64,000 nucleotides of DNA from Podarcis pityusensis (lineage: Eukaryota), in the NCBI GenBank assembly GCA_964106645.2, contig CAXKZF020000232.1. One strand, written 5' to 3'. Under the pieces are notes generated by a model that worked only from the letters and a program-made list of their open reading frames with translations, made no database searches and had not been told where the DNA came from. Shown piece after piece: positions 1-10,431 of this stretch (positions are counted from its first letter, which is position 1; every line of letters begins with the position of its first letter). The position numbers were made by a program, and so were the translations under genes.

Positions 1-197
1 GAACTCCCGAACGGCACCGTTGTGATCGACAAGCCGGGCCACGGGACCAGCAGGCATGGTCTTCGCACGTACGTCCGTACCGACCGAGGTTGGCACTCGC
101 CTGACAACCCCGGTGGCTACACCCACTTCGACCTGGACAGTCGCGTGGACAGGGGCACTGCTCGCATCCTGTACATCCCGCCGATCAGAAGGGGCCG

Positions 198-536
198 ATG
201 ATGCTCTCCCATGACTACACAGACCTGCTGGAAGCAGCCCGTCCCTCGTTCGGCCCCCGCATCTACGTCAAGTACGTGGGTGAGTACACCGAGACGCAGA
301 CAGCAGTGAGGACCGGCAACCCGACCCACTACTGCTATGAGGACAAGGTGTACAGCTCGATGGGCACCGCCCGGAATGCGTGCACCAAGTACCTCAACTA
401 CCGCGACGACACGATGGATGTGCACGCATTCTTCTACGTGTGGAACGCAGAGGATGAGTTCTGGCAGCTCGATTCGTACGTAGCCAAGGGCACCAAGGCT
501 GACGACCTCCCCTGGCGCAAGAAGAAGACCAAGTAG
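198..536 (+). CDS. hypothetical protein (similar to 58997..59290)
   Basis: ORF with phage-like codon usage; C-terminal W.L..YV..GT.A...PW motif shared with 58997..59290. Confidence 0.75.
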   Translation: MMLSHDYTDLLEAARPSFGPRIYVKYVGEYTETQTAVRTGNPTHYCYEDKVYSSMGTARNACTKYLNYRDDTMDVHAFFYVWNAEDEFWQLDSYVAKGTKADDLPWRKKKTK

Positions 537-548
537 TTAGGAGCCCTA

Positions 549-863
549 ATGCAGGTCAAGCTCACAGGCGACTCTTGGCCTGCATGGCTCAAGGGTCACA
601 CGCTCAAAGTGGTTCACAAGCGAGACCACTGGTATGTCACTAGGGATAACGGCGACCACCGCTTCAATGGGTGGAACGTAGAGACCGGAAGCGACCGTTC
701 CGGCTTCGGTGGTGTGTTTGTGGAAGAGGACTCACCCCCGCCGAAGAAGGTCGGCTCCCCCGCCAAGATCATCGCGATCAAGTCTGCGATCGGTCGCGGT
801 CTCGAAGACGACACCGACCCCGCAGAAATCCTGAACACCATCCTCGACATCCTCGACAGTTAG
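549..863 (+). CDS. hypothetical protein
   Basis: ATG overlaps the TTAGGAGCCCTAA RBS motif. Confidence 0.75.
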   Translation: MQVKLTGDSWPAWLKGHTLKVVHKRDHWYVTRDNGDHRFNGWNVETGSDRSGFGGVFVEEDSPPPKKVGSPAKIIAIKSAIGRGLEDDTDPAEILNTILDILDS

Positions 864-871
864 GAGCCCTA

Positions 872-1288
872 ATGGGTTACACCACAGCGCAGATCAAGGG
901 GCTCCTGCTCTCGGCAGCGAGCCTCGCCGCAGACCTCCAGGGTCTCGGTGAAGAGGAGACCAAGGCTCAACTTCTCCAGGTTGAAGCGGAGTTCGATGTG
1001 TGGTACGATAGGCTCTCGACCGGTCACCGGATGGAGGACTACTACGGCAACACCGTGGCCCTTGCCAAGGGTGACAGGATCAAGCTCCTGGGCTATGACT
1101 GGGACGACGCGTACCTCAAGGACCTATGCGGTGGGCAAGGCACGATCCACACGATCACGGACTTCGATACCGACACGGACCCACTGTTCAAAGACAAGCT
1201 AGGCGACCACCGCTACGCATGTCGAGGCGAGAACAACAGCCGAGGCTTTGTCAAGGTGAACGAGGACGACGAGGAGGAAGATGAGTGA
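872..1288 (+). CDS. hypothetical protein
   Basis: Start reassigned to ATG 872 after the TTAGGAGCCCTAA motif. Confidence 0.7.
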   Translation: MGYTTAQIKGLLLSAASLAADLQGLGEEETKAQLLQVEAEFDVWYDRLSTGHRMEDYYGNTVALAKGDRIKLLGYDWDDAYLKDLCGGQGTIHTITDFDTDTDPLFKDKLGDHRYACRGENNSRGFVKVNEDDEEEDE

Positions 1289-2651
1289 GCGGCTGACTCC
1301 CGACTCAGAACAGGAAGCGGCCATCCAGCGGATGGTCGATGAGCCGACACGGGCGGCTCTGAATGCAAGTCAGTATGGCACGGGCAAGACACTCGTGACC
1401 ATTGAGGTAGCGGGTCGGCTTGGCGGTCGGATCAATCTGATCGTCGCCCCGCTGTTCACGAAGTATTCGTGGGAGACCTCGATCAAGACGCAGTACCCGG
1501 ACGCTAACGTGCGACACATCAATAGCCTCAAGCGTGGGAAGGAAGCGCTTGAGGCTATGCTCGCAGGTGAGGCTGGCTGGTACATCATCGGGCGTGAGTA
1601 CCTGATGTCTCGCTCCGTGGTGGAGCGGGTGCAGAAGTTCTCACCCAACATCGACTTCATGGCGTACGATGAGTGCGCGAAGTGGGCCAACCGCAAGTCG
1701 GTCGGGTTCAAGAACATGAAGAAGATCAAGCCTCAGTACCGCATGGCGTTGAGCGCCACGCCAGCGGCCAACAAGTTCGACGGGCTGTACGCCATCACGA
1801 AGTGGCTGTGGTCTGATCTCGTGCCGAACTCATACTGGTTGTGGGTCGGGACGTGGTGTGCCACGCAGGAGGACTACTTCTCTGGCACCTCCGTGGTCGG
1901 TGAGAAGGAGCCGGGCAAGTACGTGCAGCAACTGCCGTGCTACATTAGGCTCACTAAAGACTTCGGTGACCCGATCGAAATGGACATCGAGGTCGAGCTC
2001 TCCCCCAAGGAGCGCAAGGTCTACGACCAGTTCGAGAAGCGGTCGATCGTCTGGCTCAAGGACAACCCGATGGTTGCCAAGTTCCCGATCACCAAGCGCA
2101 TCAGGCTGAGACAGATGAGCCTCGGTGAGTTGGAGGTCGAGTACCTGGAAGATGGTACAGAGATCGTTGGCTTCCCCGAGGATATGAAGTCGAGCAAGTA
2201 CGACGCGCTCGAAGGCATCCTCAGCGAGTACCGAGAGCCCGCTCTGATCTTGACAGACAGCCAGAAGTACGCTAGAGTGGTAGTCAAGAGGCTGGTGGAA
2301 GACGGCTACGCGGCGATGGAGTGGTCGGGTGACGTGCCTGAGAAGGAACGACACGCGATCAAGGATGCGTTCGTGAACGACACGGGTGTGGACTACATCG
2401 TGGCAACCATCCCTGCAATCGGTGAGGGAGTGGACGGACTACAGCATCGTGCACGACTGATGATCTGGCTGTCCCGGTCGGACAACAACATGCTGAACAT
2501 GCAGGCGTTCCGACGCCTGTACCGCCGAGGCCAGAAGCACCAGGTTGTGAGCATCGACATCGTTGCTCGTGACACATACGACAAGGGACAACTGAGTGAC
2601 CTCATCACGAGGGAGCTTGTGATGAACGATAGCCTGAGAAGGGCTGGTTAG
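1281..2651 (+). CDS. SNF2/SF2-family DNA helicase
   Basis: GTGKT Walker A, YDEC Walker B, LSATP motif III, GEGVDGLQ and QAFRRLYRRGQ motifs. Confidence 0.9.
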   Translation: MSERLTPDSEQEAAIQRMVDEPTRAALNASQYGTGKTLVTIEVAGRLGGRINLIVAPLFTKYSWETSIKTQYPDANVRHINSLKRGKEALEAMLAGEAGWYIIGREYLMSRSVVERVQKFSPNIDFMAYDECAKWANRKSVGFKNMKKIKPQYRMALSATPAANKFDGLYAITKWLWSDLVPNSYWLWVGTWCATQEDYFSGTSVVGEKEPGKYVQQLPCYIRLTKDFGDPIEMDIEVELSPKERKVYDQFEKRSIVWLKDNPMVAKFPITKRIRLRQMSLGELEVEYLEDGTEIVGFPEDMKSSKYDALEGILSEYREPALILTDSQKYARVVVKRLVEDGYAAMEWSGDVPEKERHAIKDAFVNDTGVDYIVATIPAIGEGVDGLQHRARLMIWLSRSDNNMLNMQAFRRLYRRGQKHQVVSIDIVARDTYDKGQLSDLITRELVMNDSLRRAG

Positions 2652-2659
2652 GAGACCTA

Positions 2660-2968
2660 ATGTTCAAGCAGATCACAGAGGACGCAAAGGGACTGAGGTT
2701 CGGACAGGGACCGTGGGGTGAGGTGTTCGACACGGTGCTGACAGCAGTGCTCGTCGGCATCCCCATGTACCTGGCAGGACACGCCGCGGCGTCGGACTGG
2801 AACCCGACGTTCAACTTCATCATGGCGGCTCTGGTCACGGCGATCATGGGTGTCGGTGCGTTCGTTGGCTGGCACACCACCTTCATGTCGGGCCAGATCG
2901 ACCAGATCAAGAAGGACACGAAGCGTATGCTGACGCAGATGAGGACGGGACATGGCTTCAAGAGCTGA
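2660..2968 (+). CDS. membrane protein
   Basis: Two hydrophobic segments; RBS motif. Confidence 0.7.
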   Translation: MFKQITEDAKGLRFGQGPWGEVFDTVLTAVLVGIPMYLAGHAAASDWNPTFNFIMAALVTAIMGVGAFVGWHTTFMSGQIDQIKKDTKRMLTQMRTGHGFKS

Positions 2969-3161
2969 GCTCGAAGAGGAATGGCGCGAGTTCCAACTGT
3001 GGCAGCGCAACCAGGGACTTGAGTACCCGGACTACCTTGAGTGGCGTGACCTGATCATCGCCCGAGAGAACATGGCAACACTCAAGTCATTCATCGAAGG
3101 GTTCGATGATGAAGACGAGATCAAGGTGAGCGAACTGAGGGAGATCCTTAAGCATGTCTAG
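2952..3161 (+). CDS. hypothetical protein
   Basis: Coupled ORF. Confidence 0.6.
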   Translation: MASRAELEEEWREFQLWQRNQGLEYPDYLEWRDLIIARENMATLKSFIEGFDDEDEIKVSELREILKHV

Positions 3162-3468
3162 CATCTTCGGGTACATGGACCCAGACGACTTGGGCCGGTA
3201 CACGAAGCTGATCGACGCGATGGATGGGACAGAGCCTTGCAGCATCGAGCCCGATCTCTTCACAGGAGATTGGGTTCGAGGTGTAAAGGAAGAGACAGCG
3301 CAGGCACTCTGCGCTGATTGTCCCGTCCTTGATCTATGCCGAGACTACGCCGTACAGGCCAAGGAACCGTACCATGTGTGGGGCGGAACCACACCAACAT
3401 CAAGAGGCATCCCGAGAGGATACAGACCGTGGGCAGACCGCTCGAAGACGGACAACTCAAGTACCTAG
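3154..3468 (+). CDS. whiB: WhiB-family transcription factor
   Basis: Four Cys (C...CADCPV...C) and HVWGG motif. Confidence 0.9.
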   Translation: MSSIFGYMDPDDLGRYTKLIDAMDGTEPCSIEPDLFTGDWVRGVKEETAQALCADCPVLDLCRDYAVQAKEPYHVWGGTTPTSRGIPRGYRPWADRSKTDNSST

Positions 3469-4139
3469 TCACAGACATGCTCAACCATCCGTCTGAGCGA
3501 GACAACCAGCGACTTGTGGGGGCCAGCCAGATCGGTAACCCCTGCGACTTCTGCTTGGGCAACTCGATGGTCGGGCACGGACAGCGACGCAACAACTACT
3601 GGATGGGTGCCCGCATCGGCACCGCGATCCATGCGGCGCTGGAGACTGAGGCTGAGAAGCATGTGGATCGACCACGGCAGAATCAGTTCGAGGCTCTTAG
3701 GGGCGCTAAGATCGAGCAGAAGATCATCCTCGGTACCATCCAGGGGTACGGCACGATCAAGTCTAAGCCGGACCTGGTGCTGACAGAGCACGACCACCTC
3801 GTGGACTACAAGACCACGACGAAGGCGAAGCTTGCGAAGATGAAGGCGTCCGGCACCGTGCCGATCCAGTACGTCTACCAGCAGCAGCTCTACGCTTGGG
3901 GCCTCAACAACGACGGCATCAAGGTCAAGCGTATCTCGTTGGTGTTCATCGCTCGTGACGGCTCGAATGAGAACGACATCTGGGTACACTCGTTCGACTA
4001 CGATGAGTCCAAGGCACTCGCTGCTTGGGATCGTCTGGACGCGATCTGGAAGTACCTGGAAGAGAACAACCACGACACATCAGGCTTGACAAGTCACCAC
4101 GAATGCTGGTACTGTGTCAACATGCTAGGGAGGATCTAA
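3429..4139 (+). CDS. Cas4-like / PD-(D/E)xK exonuclease
   Basis: GASQIG.PC..C, GTAIH, KPD, DYKT, QQQLY, C-terminal CWYC; GTG start after GAGAGGA. Confidence 0.85.
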   Translation: MGRPLEDGQLKYLVTDMLNHPSERDNQRLVGASQIGNPCDFCLGNSMVGHGQRRNNYWMGARIGTAIHAALETEAEKHVDRPRQNQFEALRGAKIEQKIILGTIQGYGTIKSKPDLVLTEHDHLVDYKTTTKAKLAKMKASGTVPIQYVYQQQLYAWGLNNDGIKVKRISLVFIARDGSNENDIWVHSFDYDESKALAAWDRLDAIWKYLEENNHDTSGLTSHHECWYCVNMLGRI

Positions 4140-4141
4140 TC

Positions 4142-4525
4142 ATGCAGATTGACAACGTTCCGTCGATGGACGACGCCGACGAGATCGAGCGCGAAGCAGC
4201 GCGAGAGATCCTGATGCTCGAAGCAGAGATCAAGGAAGCGCAGGAGCGGGTGGCCGCACTCAAGTCCTACTTCAAGGACCCGAAGCGCTTCGGTCCCGGC
4301 AAGTACGAGCGGGGTCCGGTGGAGATCGTGGTGTCCACGAACCAGCGGATCAGCCAGGCCAAGGCTGAGCGCCACCTGTCGAAGACCCGACTCAACTCCA
4401 TTAGCACACCTAAGGTGGACACCAAGAAGGCGCGGGCGCTGCTGACGGAGACCGAACTGCGTGCCATCATGGACACGTACGACCACAAGATCGAGGTTCG
4501 CCTCGGGAAGGACGGCGCTCAGTGA
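4142..4525 (+). CDS. hypothetical protein
   Basis: GGGAGG RBS, coiled-coil N-terminus. Confidence 0.7.
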   Translation: MQIDNVPSMDDADEIEREAAREILMLEAEIKEAQERVAALKSYFKDPKRFGPGKYERGPVEIVVSTNQRISQAKAERHLSKTRLNSISTPKVDTKKARALLTETELRAIMDTYDHKIEVRLGKDGAQ

Positions 4526-4737
4526 ACCCCGAGGAACTGACACCGGAGCAGAGGGAAGCAGTCCAGCGACTGCTCCACCTGCACTACATCAAGGGCGTCG
4601 TTGACGCCGCAAAGAACCTCTCGGATACGTTCGCGGAACTTGGCGCGAGCACCGAGGTGGCAGTGGAAGCGCTGACACAACTGCTCAACTGGGCACAGGA
4701 CGAGACCAAGGAACAGGAAGAGGTAGCGAGTGAGTGA
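4522..4737 (+). CDS. hypothetical protein
   Basis: Coupled ORF. Confidence 0.6.
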   Translation: MNPEELTPEQREAVQRLLHLHYIKGVVDAAKNLSDTFAELGASTEVAVEALTQLLNWAQDETKEQEEVASE

Positions 4738-5494
4738 AGGTCTGAGCTTCGAGGGAGCGATCAAGAAGGCAACGGCGGTGGACAAGATCAACTCCGCGAT
4801 CATCTTCGGGGAGTCGGGTGTCGGTAAGACGATCCTCGCGGCATCCTCGGTAGAGATCGAGGACTACGCACCAGTGCTCATCCTCGACGTGGAGGGTTCG
4901 ACCGCAGGTGTGGGCCGCATCCACCCCGACGTGGACGTGCTGCCGATCGCAACCCATGCACACTTCGAGGCGGCTCTCGATGAGCTCCTGACGAAGGAGC
5001 ACAAGTACAAGACGGTGATCGTGGACACGTTCAACGTCGCGCAGAACCGGGCCGAGGCATTCTTCCGTGCCAAGCCCGAGAACGCCAACAACAAGTTCGG
5101 TGTGTGGGGCGACCTCAAGGTGTGGTCGATCGGCACGGCGCGTAAGCTTCACCACGCTCCGTTCACCTCATGGCTCATCTGCCACAGCACCACGGCAAAG
5201 GATGAGAACACCGGAGCCATGTCCACCACGGTCAAGCTTGCTGGTTCCAGCAAGGAAGACCTGCCCGCAGTCCACGACCTCATCGGCTACATGGAGAACG
5301 ACGTAGACGAGGACGGCAATGCCATCGCGGTGCTCCGTGTCGGTCGTCGCAAGGGCATCATCACCAAGAACCGGTTCGGCCTGGACGGCACGATCTTCCC
5401 CTCCGAGGGCAAGTCGTACCCCACGATGATCGACATTCAGATGGCGATTACCGCGAAGCAGGTCGAGCAGGAGCAGTCCGAAAACGAGGGTTGA
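4730..5494 (+). CDS. AAA_24 / Sak4-like ATPase (recombination)
   Basis: GESGVGKT, LILDVEGS, TVIVDT, KNRFG; lies between exonuclease and SSB. Confidence 0.85.
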   Translation: MSEGLSFEGAIKKATAVDKINSAIIFGESGVGKTILAASSVEIEDYAPVLILDVEGSTAGVGRIHPDVDVLPIATHAHFEAALDELLTKEHKYKTVIVDTFNVAQNRAEAFFRAKPENANNKFGVWGDLKVWSIGTARKLHHAPFTSWLICHSTTAKDENTGAMSTTVKLAGSSKEDLPAVHDLIGYMENDVDEDGNAIAVLRVGRRKGIITKNRFGLDGTIFPSEGKSYPTMIDIQMAITAKQVEQEQSENEG

Positions 5495-5519
5495 CATCCA
5501 GCACAGGGCGTGCTATGAT
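5491..5519 (+). promoter_or_regulatory. SigA-type promoter
   Basis: TTGACA-17nt-TATGAT with extended TG; TTAG-N5-CTAA site at 5534. Confidence 0.8.
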
Positions 5520-5546
5520 GTATACCTCAGGAGTTAGGAGCCCTAA

Positions 5547-5828
5547 ATGAGTACGACACCGTTCACGGAGACGTACGAACAGATCAGTCTCGCTTTCGAC
5601 CAGGGCTGGGCAGACTCCCAGTTCGAGAACGAGAACGACGACAAGAAGTACATCGACCTCATCGCGAGGGACGGTAACGGCAGGGTCTACATCAGCCTCA
5701 GCAGGGAGCAGGCAGCCGCCATGTGCGACAAGCTCCAGGAGGTCGTAGCCCAGCAGGATGCCTGGCTGGAGACGCGCCAGGCAAGCGCAGCAGACGCAAC
5801 AAGCACAACAGAGCAGGAGAACCAGTAA
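5547..5828 (+). CDS. hypothetical protein
   Basis: RBS motif followed by ATG. Confidence 0.7.
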   Translation: MSTTPFTETYEQISLAFDQGWADSQFENENDDKKYIDLIARDGNGRVYISLSREQAAAMCDKLQEVVAQQDAWLETRQASAADATSTTEQENQ

Positions 5829-6319
5829 TGGCACGTATCATCGCAGTCGGTCAGGCAGCCCTTGGCGACGGGGAGTTCACCCCGATCCCGGCAGGCACCC
5901 GCATCAAGGTGTCGGTCTACGACGTGAAGGAGGGCGTGGCAGGCCCGAACTCCAAGAACCCCGGCTCCGCTCAGTTCGAGTGGACCGCCAAGGTCACGGA
6001 GGAGGGGCAGTTCAAGGGTCGTGAGATCCGCTACAACTACGTCCCGCTCGACCCGAAGGTGGGTCACGCATGGAACCTGGCGGCGTTCGCCAAGGCGGTG
6101 GGCTGGCCCATCGATGACAAGGGCAACGTCGAGGTGCCGGACGACCTCCGCGACCTGCTCGGGACGGAGCTCCTGGCGAAGGTGAGCACCACCGACCCGA
6201 ACCGCGACGAGCAGAAGCGAGTCTTCAACCGCATCGACCGCGTGTTCCCGCTCCCGAAGGACGGTGGCGGCGGTGGCATCACCGAGGCTGCCAAGCCGAC
6301 GTGGGGCGACCTCAACTAG
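5828..6319 (+). CDS. ssDNA-binding protein (DUF669-like)
   Basis: F.PIPAG, F.GR.I motifs; Gly-rich tail with terminal aromatic residue; gene context. Confidence 0.7.
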   Translation: MARIIAVGQAALGDGEFTPIPAGTRIKVSVYDVKEGVAGPNSKNPGSAQFEWTAKVTEEGQFKGREIRYNYVPLDPKVGHAWNLAAFAKAVGWPIDDKGNVEVPDDLRDLLGTELLAKVSTTDPNRDEQKRVFNRIDRVFPLPKDGGGGGITEAAKPTWGDLN

Positions 6320-6338
6320 TCCCAACCTGTAGTACAAA

Positions 6339-6382
6339 CCCTGGCCCGCAGACCTCCCTCTGCGGGCCGGGGTCTTTCTCTT
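6339..6382 (+). terminator. intrinsic terminator
   Basis: GGCCCGCAGA/TCTGCGGGCC stem followed by a T-rich tract. Confidence 0.75.
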
Positions 6383-6408
6383 CCCACCACCTTTAGGAGA
6401 ACTAATTC

Positions 6409-8643
6409 ATGGAAGCACGCGAGTTCTTCGGACACATCTACAAGAACGCCGAAGGCTGGGCAGTCCTCGTGACCCCCGACCGCAGTGGCACACCGTCTGA
6501 GGAAACGTGGTTCCGGTACCCGGCTGAACTCGACCGGATGGTGGCCCGCGTCGAGGAGTACAGCCACACTGACGTGTGGTTCAGCCCCAACCTCTACGAC
6601 AAGCAGGACCGCACCAAGGAAGCCAGCAAGGTCACGCACGTTGCTGCTGCTGACGCGGACACCTGCCACCCCACCAACTTCCGAGTCCAGCCGAGCATCA
6701 CCGTGCAGACCAGCCCCGGTCGGTACCAGGTGTACTGGCTGCTCGTCGGCACGCAGAACCCGCACGAGGTGGCGAAGCTCAACCGTCGCATCGCTCAGGT
6801 CCACAAGGACGAGGGCTGTGACACGGCGTTCGTCAACGCGGCCAAGCTCATGCGTGTCCCCGGAACCTCGAACAACAAGCACCCCGGCGCGATCGTCGTC
6901 GTGGTGGACGACGAGGCTGACCGGCACACGTACCCGAAGATGGTCGGCAAGTACCCGGCGGCAGAGATCCCCGATGCACCGGAGCACGAGAGCAATAGTG
7001 TCGCTATCATGCCTGAGGGCATGGGTGCGTACATCGACAAGAACCGCAACATCGTCCTCAATGGACTGCCGAACACGCCAGCCCTCCGTGACCTCCTGTT
7101 CAAGGAACCGCGTGAGGGCAAGCGTAGCGAGGCACGGTTCAAGCTGCTGTGCGAACTGATCGACCTCGGTCTGGACGACGCTGACATCATGGCTGTCGCC
7201 TGGGACGCGCCGAACAACAAGTACCAGGAGGACGCACGAGGCCACGCCGGACTGTGGGATGAACTACAGAAGGCCCGAGGCATCATGGATGCTGAGGCTG
7301 CGAAGTACGACATCCCCGTGGGCCAGGAGGGTGAGCAGCAGCAGCAGAAGAAGTCCGAGCCTAAGATCCGTCGCAACACGTCGTTCCTCAAGACTGATGC
7401 AGAGCACGAACTCGTCCGCGAGAACGTCAACTTCATCGACCGCTGGGTGGACTGGGCTGCGACCAAGACGGACGCGCCGAGTGAGTACCACCGGGCGGCT
7501 GCCATGTCGCTCATGTCCTGCGTGTACTCTGAGTTCGGCCACGCGATCCCGAAGTTCGCACCCAAGGGTCTCAAGCTGAACCTGTGGTTCATGGTGCTGG
7601 GTCGCTCGACCAAGGACCGTAAGACCACGGCGCGTACGTACATGAACAACGCACTCCGAGACCTCCGGGTTGAGGGTGAGGACGGCTACGACTACCTGCT
7701 CCCTGACGACGTGACGCCTGGCGGAATCAGCCTGGCCCTCCACGACAGGGCGCACAAGGCTAGCCTGTACGACCGCGACGAGGCTCAGGGTCTGTTCAAG
7801 GAACTCATGTCACAGTCATACATGAGCGGTGGGCTCGAAGTGTTCACCAAGCTCTACGATGGCTGGTCTGGTGGACGGCTCCGAGCGTCTGGCGATAAGA
7901 AGCGCATGGACTCCGTGCCTGTCTCGTTCCTCATGTTCCTCACCGGTATCCTCACTGAGGTTGCCGACGTGCTGACCGTGACGAACTACCGCTCAGGCTT
8001 CCTGACCCGCTTCCTCTACGTCGTGGGCTCACGGCCTGAGGACTACGAATCGCCGCCCATCGAGCAGGCCACGGAGAGTGACGAGAAGGAGGATACAGTC
8101 TTCAAGTCGCTCATCGCACACCTGGATCGCAACCGCAGGTACTGGGAAATGTACGGCGGCAAGGGCGACACTCACCCCCTCCGTGTCGAGGACGACGCCT
8201 GGGTTCGCTTCCAGGCGTACGAGCGGGACGTGATTAGGACCGCTAATGAGAGCCGGTACGCTGAGATCATCGGCACGACCAGCGATCGTATGGTGATCAG
8301 CACGCTCAAGCTTGCGTGCATCCTGGCGATGGACGACAAGTGCATGAAGGTGCAGTTGAAGCACGTCCTCCAGGCTATCGCATACGCTGGTGAGTGGTTC
8401 GACAACGCGGCCAAGGTGGCGTCCATGATCTCTGAGTCCGAGTGGCAGAGGGATGTGGACCTGCTGGAGGACTTCATCGTAGCGAAGGGCGGCTCCGTGA
8501 CATACGGCATCGCCTACAAGCAGTTCCCGGACAAGCGTCCGTCCGAGTTCGATGAAATGGTGGGAGCACTGCAAAGCCAGGGACGTGTGGCCCGTATCAA
8601 GAACGGTGCCAAGTGGATTCTACAGATGGAAGAGGGTGACTGA
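6409..8643 (+). CDS. primase-polymerase (RepB-like) fused to DUF3987-like helicase
   Basis: ADAD, QTSPGRYQVYW, LMRVPGTSNNK; C-terminal GRSTKDRKTT, DRDE, SGFLTRF. Confidence 0.85.
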   Translation: MEAREFFGHIYKNAEGWAVLVTPDRSGTPSEETWFRYPAELDRMVARVEEYSHTDVWFSPNLYDKQDRTKEASKVTHVAAADADTCHPTNFRVQPSITVQTSPGRYQVYWLLVGTQNPHEVAKLNRRIAQVHKDEGCDTAFVNAAKLMRVPGTSNNKHPGAIVVVVDDEADRHTYPKMVGKYPAAEIPDAPEHESNSVAIMPEGMGAYIDKNRNIVLNGLPNTPALRDLLFKEPREGKRSEARFKLLCELIDLGLDDADIMAVAWDAPNNKYQEDARGHAGLWDELQKARGIMDAEAAKYDIPVGQEGEQQQQKKSEPKIRRNTSFLKTDAEHELVRENVNFIDRWVDWAATKTDAPSEYHRAAAMSLMSCVYSEFGHAIPKFAPKGLKLNLWFMVLGRSTKDRKTTARTYMNNALRDLRVEGEDGYDYLLPDDVTPGGISLALHDRAHKASLYDRDEAQGLFKELMSQSYMSGGLEVFTKLYDGWSGGRLRASGDKKRMDSVPVSFLMFLTGILTEVADVLTVTNYRSGFLTRFLYVVGSRPEDYESPPIEQATESDEKEDTVFKSLIAHLDRNRRYWEMYGGKGDTHPLRVEDDAWVRFQAYERDVIRTANESRYAEIIGTTSDRMVISTLKLACILAMDDKCMKVQLKHVLQAIAYAGEWFDNAAKVASMISESEWQRDVDLLEDFIVAKGGSVTYGIAYKQFPDKRPSEFDEMVGALQSQGRVARIKNGAKWILQMEEGD

Positions 8644-9023
8644 TGGAGAAGTACGAAGCACTGAGGTTGGCCCGGACGTACTGGGAAATGGAGGGCAGGG
8701 GCGACACCGCTCAGTACGCCCTCCTCCTGGCACGGACAGGCATCTTCACCCACATGGAACTGTCTGCCATCTGTGACATCACCCCCTACGTTGCCCGCAA
8801 GGTGACGCAGGGGGTGGACCTCCCTCGCTACAGGTTCGGGGAGAAGTTCGATCCGCGGACGATCGACTCCATGCTGGTACTGCTAGAGCACTACCAGGCG
8901 TGGGGCAACCTGCCACGAGGGGTGCTGGACCTCATCCTGCCGTACACCAGCCTGACCGTAGTAAGCCGAATGACAGGGATTGGAGTGAGTGACCTTGCGA
9001 ATCCTGAACTTGTACAGTCTTGA
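8643..9023 (+). CDS. putative HTH DNA-binding protein
   Basis: Two HTH-like segments (ELSAICDIT, VVSRMTGIG). Confidence 0.55.
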   Translation: MEKYEALRLARTYWEMEGRGDTAQYALLLARTGIFTHMELSAICDITPYVARKVTQGVDLPRYRFGEKFDPRTIDSMLVLLEHYQAWGNLPRGVLDLILPYTSLTVVSRMTGIGVSDLANPELVQS

Positions 9024-10431
9024 GTCTCCGACCCCTCGGCAGCTTGACGCTATCGGCAGCATGCTCCGTGCCTATGAGAAGTCGCGCGGCGTAGACATCA
9101 AGGTTGTCGCTGAGAAGTGGGGACGTGGTAAGGTGCTGTGCCTCGGTCAAGCACCTGAGGGTGTGTGGTACGGGCAGGAGTTCCAGGTCACCTACTCCCC
9201 CAAGCAGTTCGAGTCCAAGGCGAACGCGGCTACCGTGTTCGACTCGGCGCTCGACAACTACTTCGGCAACGTCAGCGGTCTGCCGAACAACGCGAACGTC
9301 TCGCAGTTCTGGTACGCGGAGCACTTCGAGCGCAACTTCATGCAGAGGATCGACCCCACCCAGCCGGTGGCTGTGGACGTGGAGACTGGCGGCGTGCTGG
9401 GTGAGACTGTCACCTCACGCACAGCGCCGATGATCACCATTGCGTTCGCGCAGGGTCCGAACGCTGTCGTGCTCAAGGTGTGGGACGACCAGGAGGATTG
9501 GGAGGAAGATTCCTCCGAGGTGGAGCGCCGCAAGACGAACCAGGTGTTCCTTGTGAACTTCCTGCCGCTCATCGAGAAGCCGATCTTCCACAACGGCAAG
9601 TTCGACATCCAGGTGATCGAGTCCAACACAGGCGTTAGGATGCCTAACTGGTTCGACACGATGCTGGCTCATCACGCATTGAACCACGCCGCTCGGGAGC
9701 ACGGACTCAAGGTACTGTGCAAGCGGTACTTCGATGCCGATGACTGGGAGGCCGGGATCAAGGAGTGGATCAAGGGTAACGTCAAGGACTACAACAAGAT
9801 CCCGAAGACACACCTGGCGAACTACAACGGCTACGATGTGCTGTGGACGTACCGCCTGTGGCAGATGCTGGCACCGATGATCGAAGCAGACGAGGCGGCT
9901 CAGGCTGCACTGTTCTTCGAAATGCAGGTGGCTGACTTCCTCTCCGACGTGGAGGCTGTCGGCATCCCGTTCTCTCAGTCGCAGGGCAACTACCTGCAAG
10001 CGATCTACGCACACCAGGCCGACGAGGCTCTAGCAAAGCTGCGAGCCCTGGTCAAGGACAAGGGGTTCAACCCTGGCTCCCCACAGCAGGTCAAGAAGTG
10101 GCTAGAGGGACAGCTTGGATACCCTATCGCCTCCACTAAGGAGGAGGCGATCGACATTATCAAGGGCGAGGCACGGAACCCTGACGTGGTGACGTTCTGC
10201 AACCTGCTCATCGAGTACCGCAAGGCAAAGAAGATGATGAGCACGTACCTGCATGCTTGGGAAGATGCGTCTCGGATCGAGGGGGATGCGCGGGTCCACC
10301 CGACGTTCCACGTACACGGCACGACTACTGGTAGACTGTCTAGTAGCGATCCTAACGCGCAGAATGTACCCCGAGACAAGACGATCAGGAAAATGGTGAC
10401 CCTCGATGACCGAAACCAACTCAAGCTTTAG
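8989..10431 (+). CDS. polA: DNA polymerase I, N-terminal part (3'-5' exonuclease + thumb)
   Basis: ExoI VAVDVETG, ExoII HNGKFD, ExoIII YNGYD, TTTGRLSSSDPNAQNVP. Confidence 0.9.
   Translation: MTLRILNLYSLESPTPRQLDAIGSMLRAYEKSRGVDIKVVAEKWGRGKVLCLGQAPEGVWYGQEFQVTYSPKQFESKANAATVFDSALDNYFGNVSGLPNNANVSQFWYAEHFERNFMQRIDPTQPVAVDVETGGVLGETVTSRTAPMITIAFAQGPNAVVLKVWDDQEDWEEDSSEVERRKTNQVFLVNFLPLIEKPIFHNGKFDIQVIESNTGVRMPNWFDTMLAHHALNHAAREHGLKVLCKRYFDADDWEAGIKEWIKGNVKDYNKIPKTHLANYNGYDVLWTYRLWQMLAPMIEADEAAQAALFFEMQVADFLSDVEAVGIPFSQSQGNYLQAIYAHQADEALAKLRALVKDKGFNPGSPQQVKKWLEGQLGYPIASTKEEAIDIIKGEARNPDVVTFCNLLIEYRKAKKMMSTYLHAWEDASRIEGDARVHPTFHVHGTTTGRLSSSDPNAQNVPRDKTIRKMVTLDDRNQLKL

Noticed and set aside
3429-4139. 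Cas4-like gene as a sign of CRISPR-Cas
   Set aside because: No repeat-spacer array or other cas genes; solo Cas4-like exonucleases are common in phage recombination modules.
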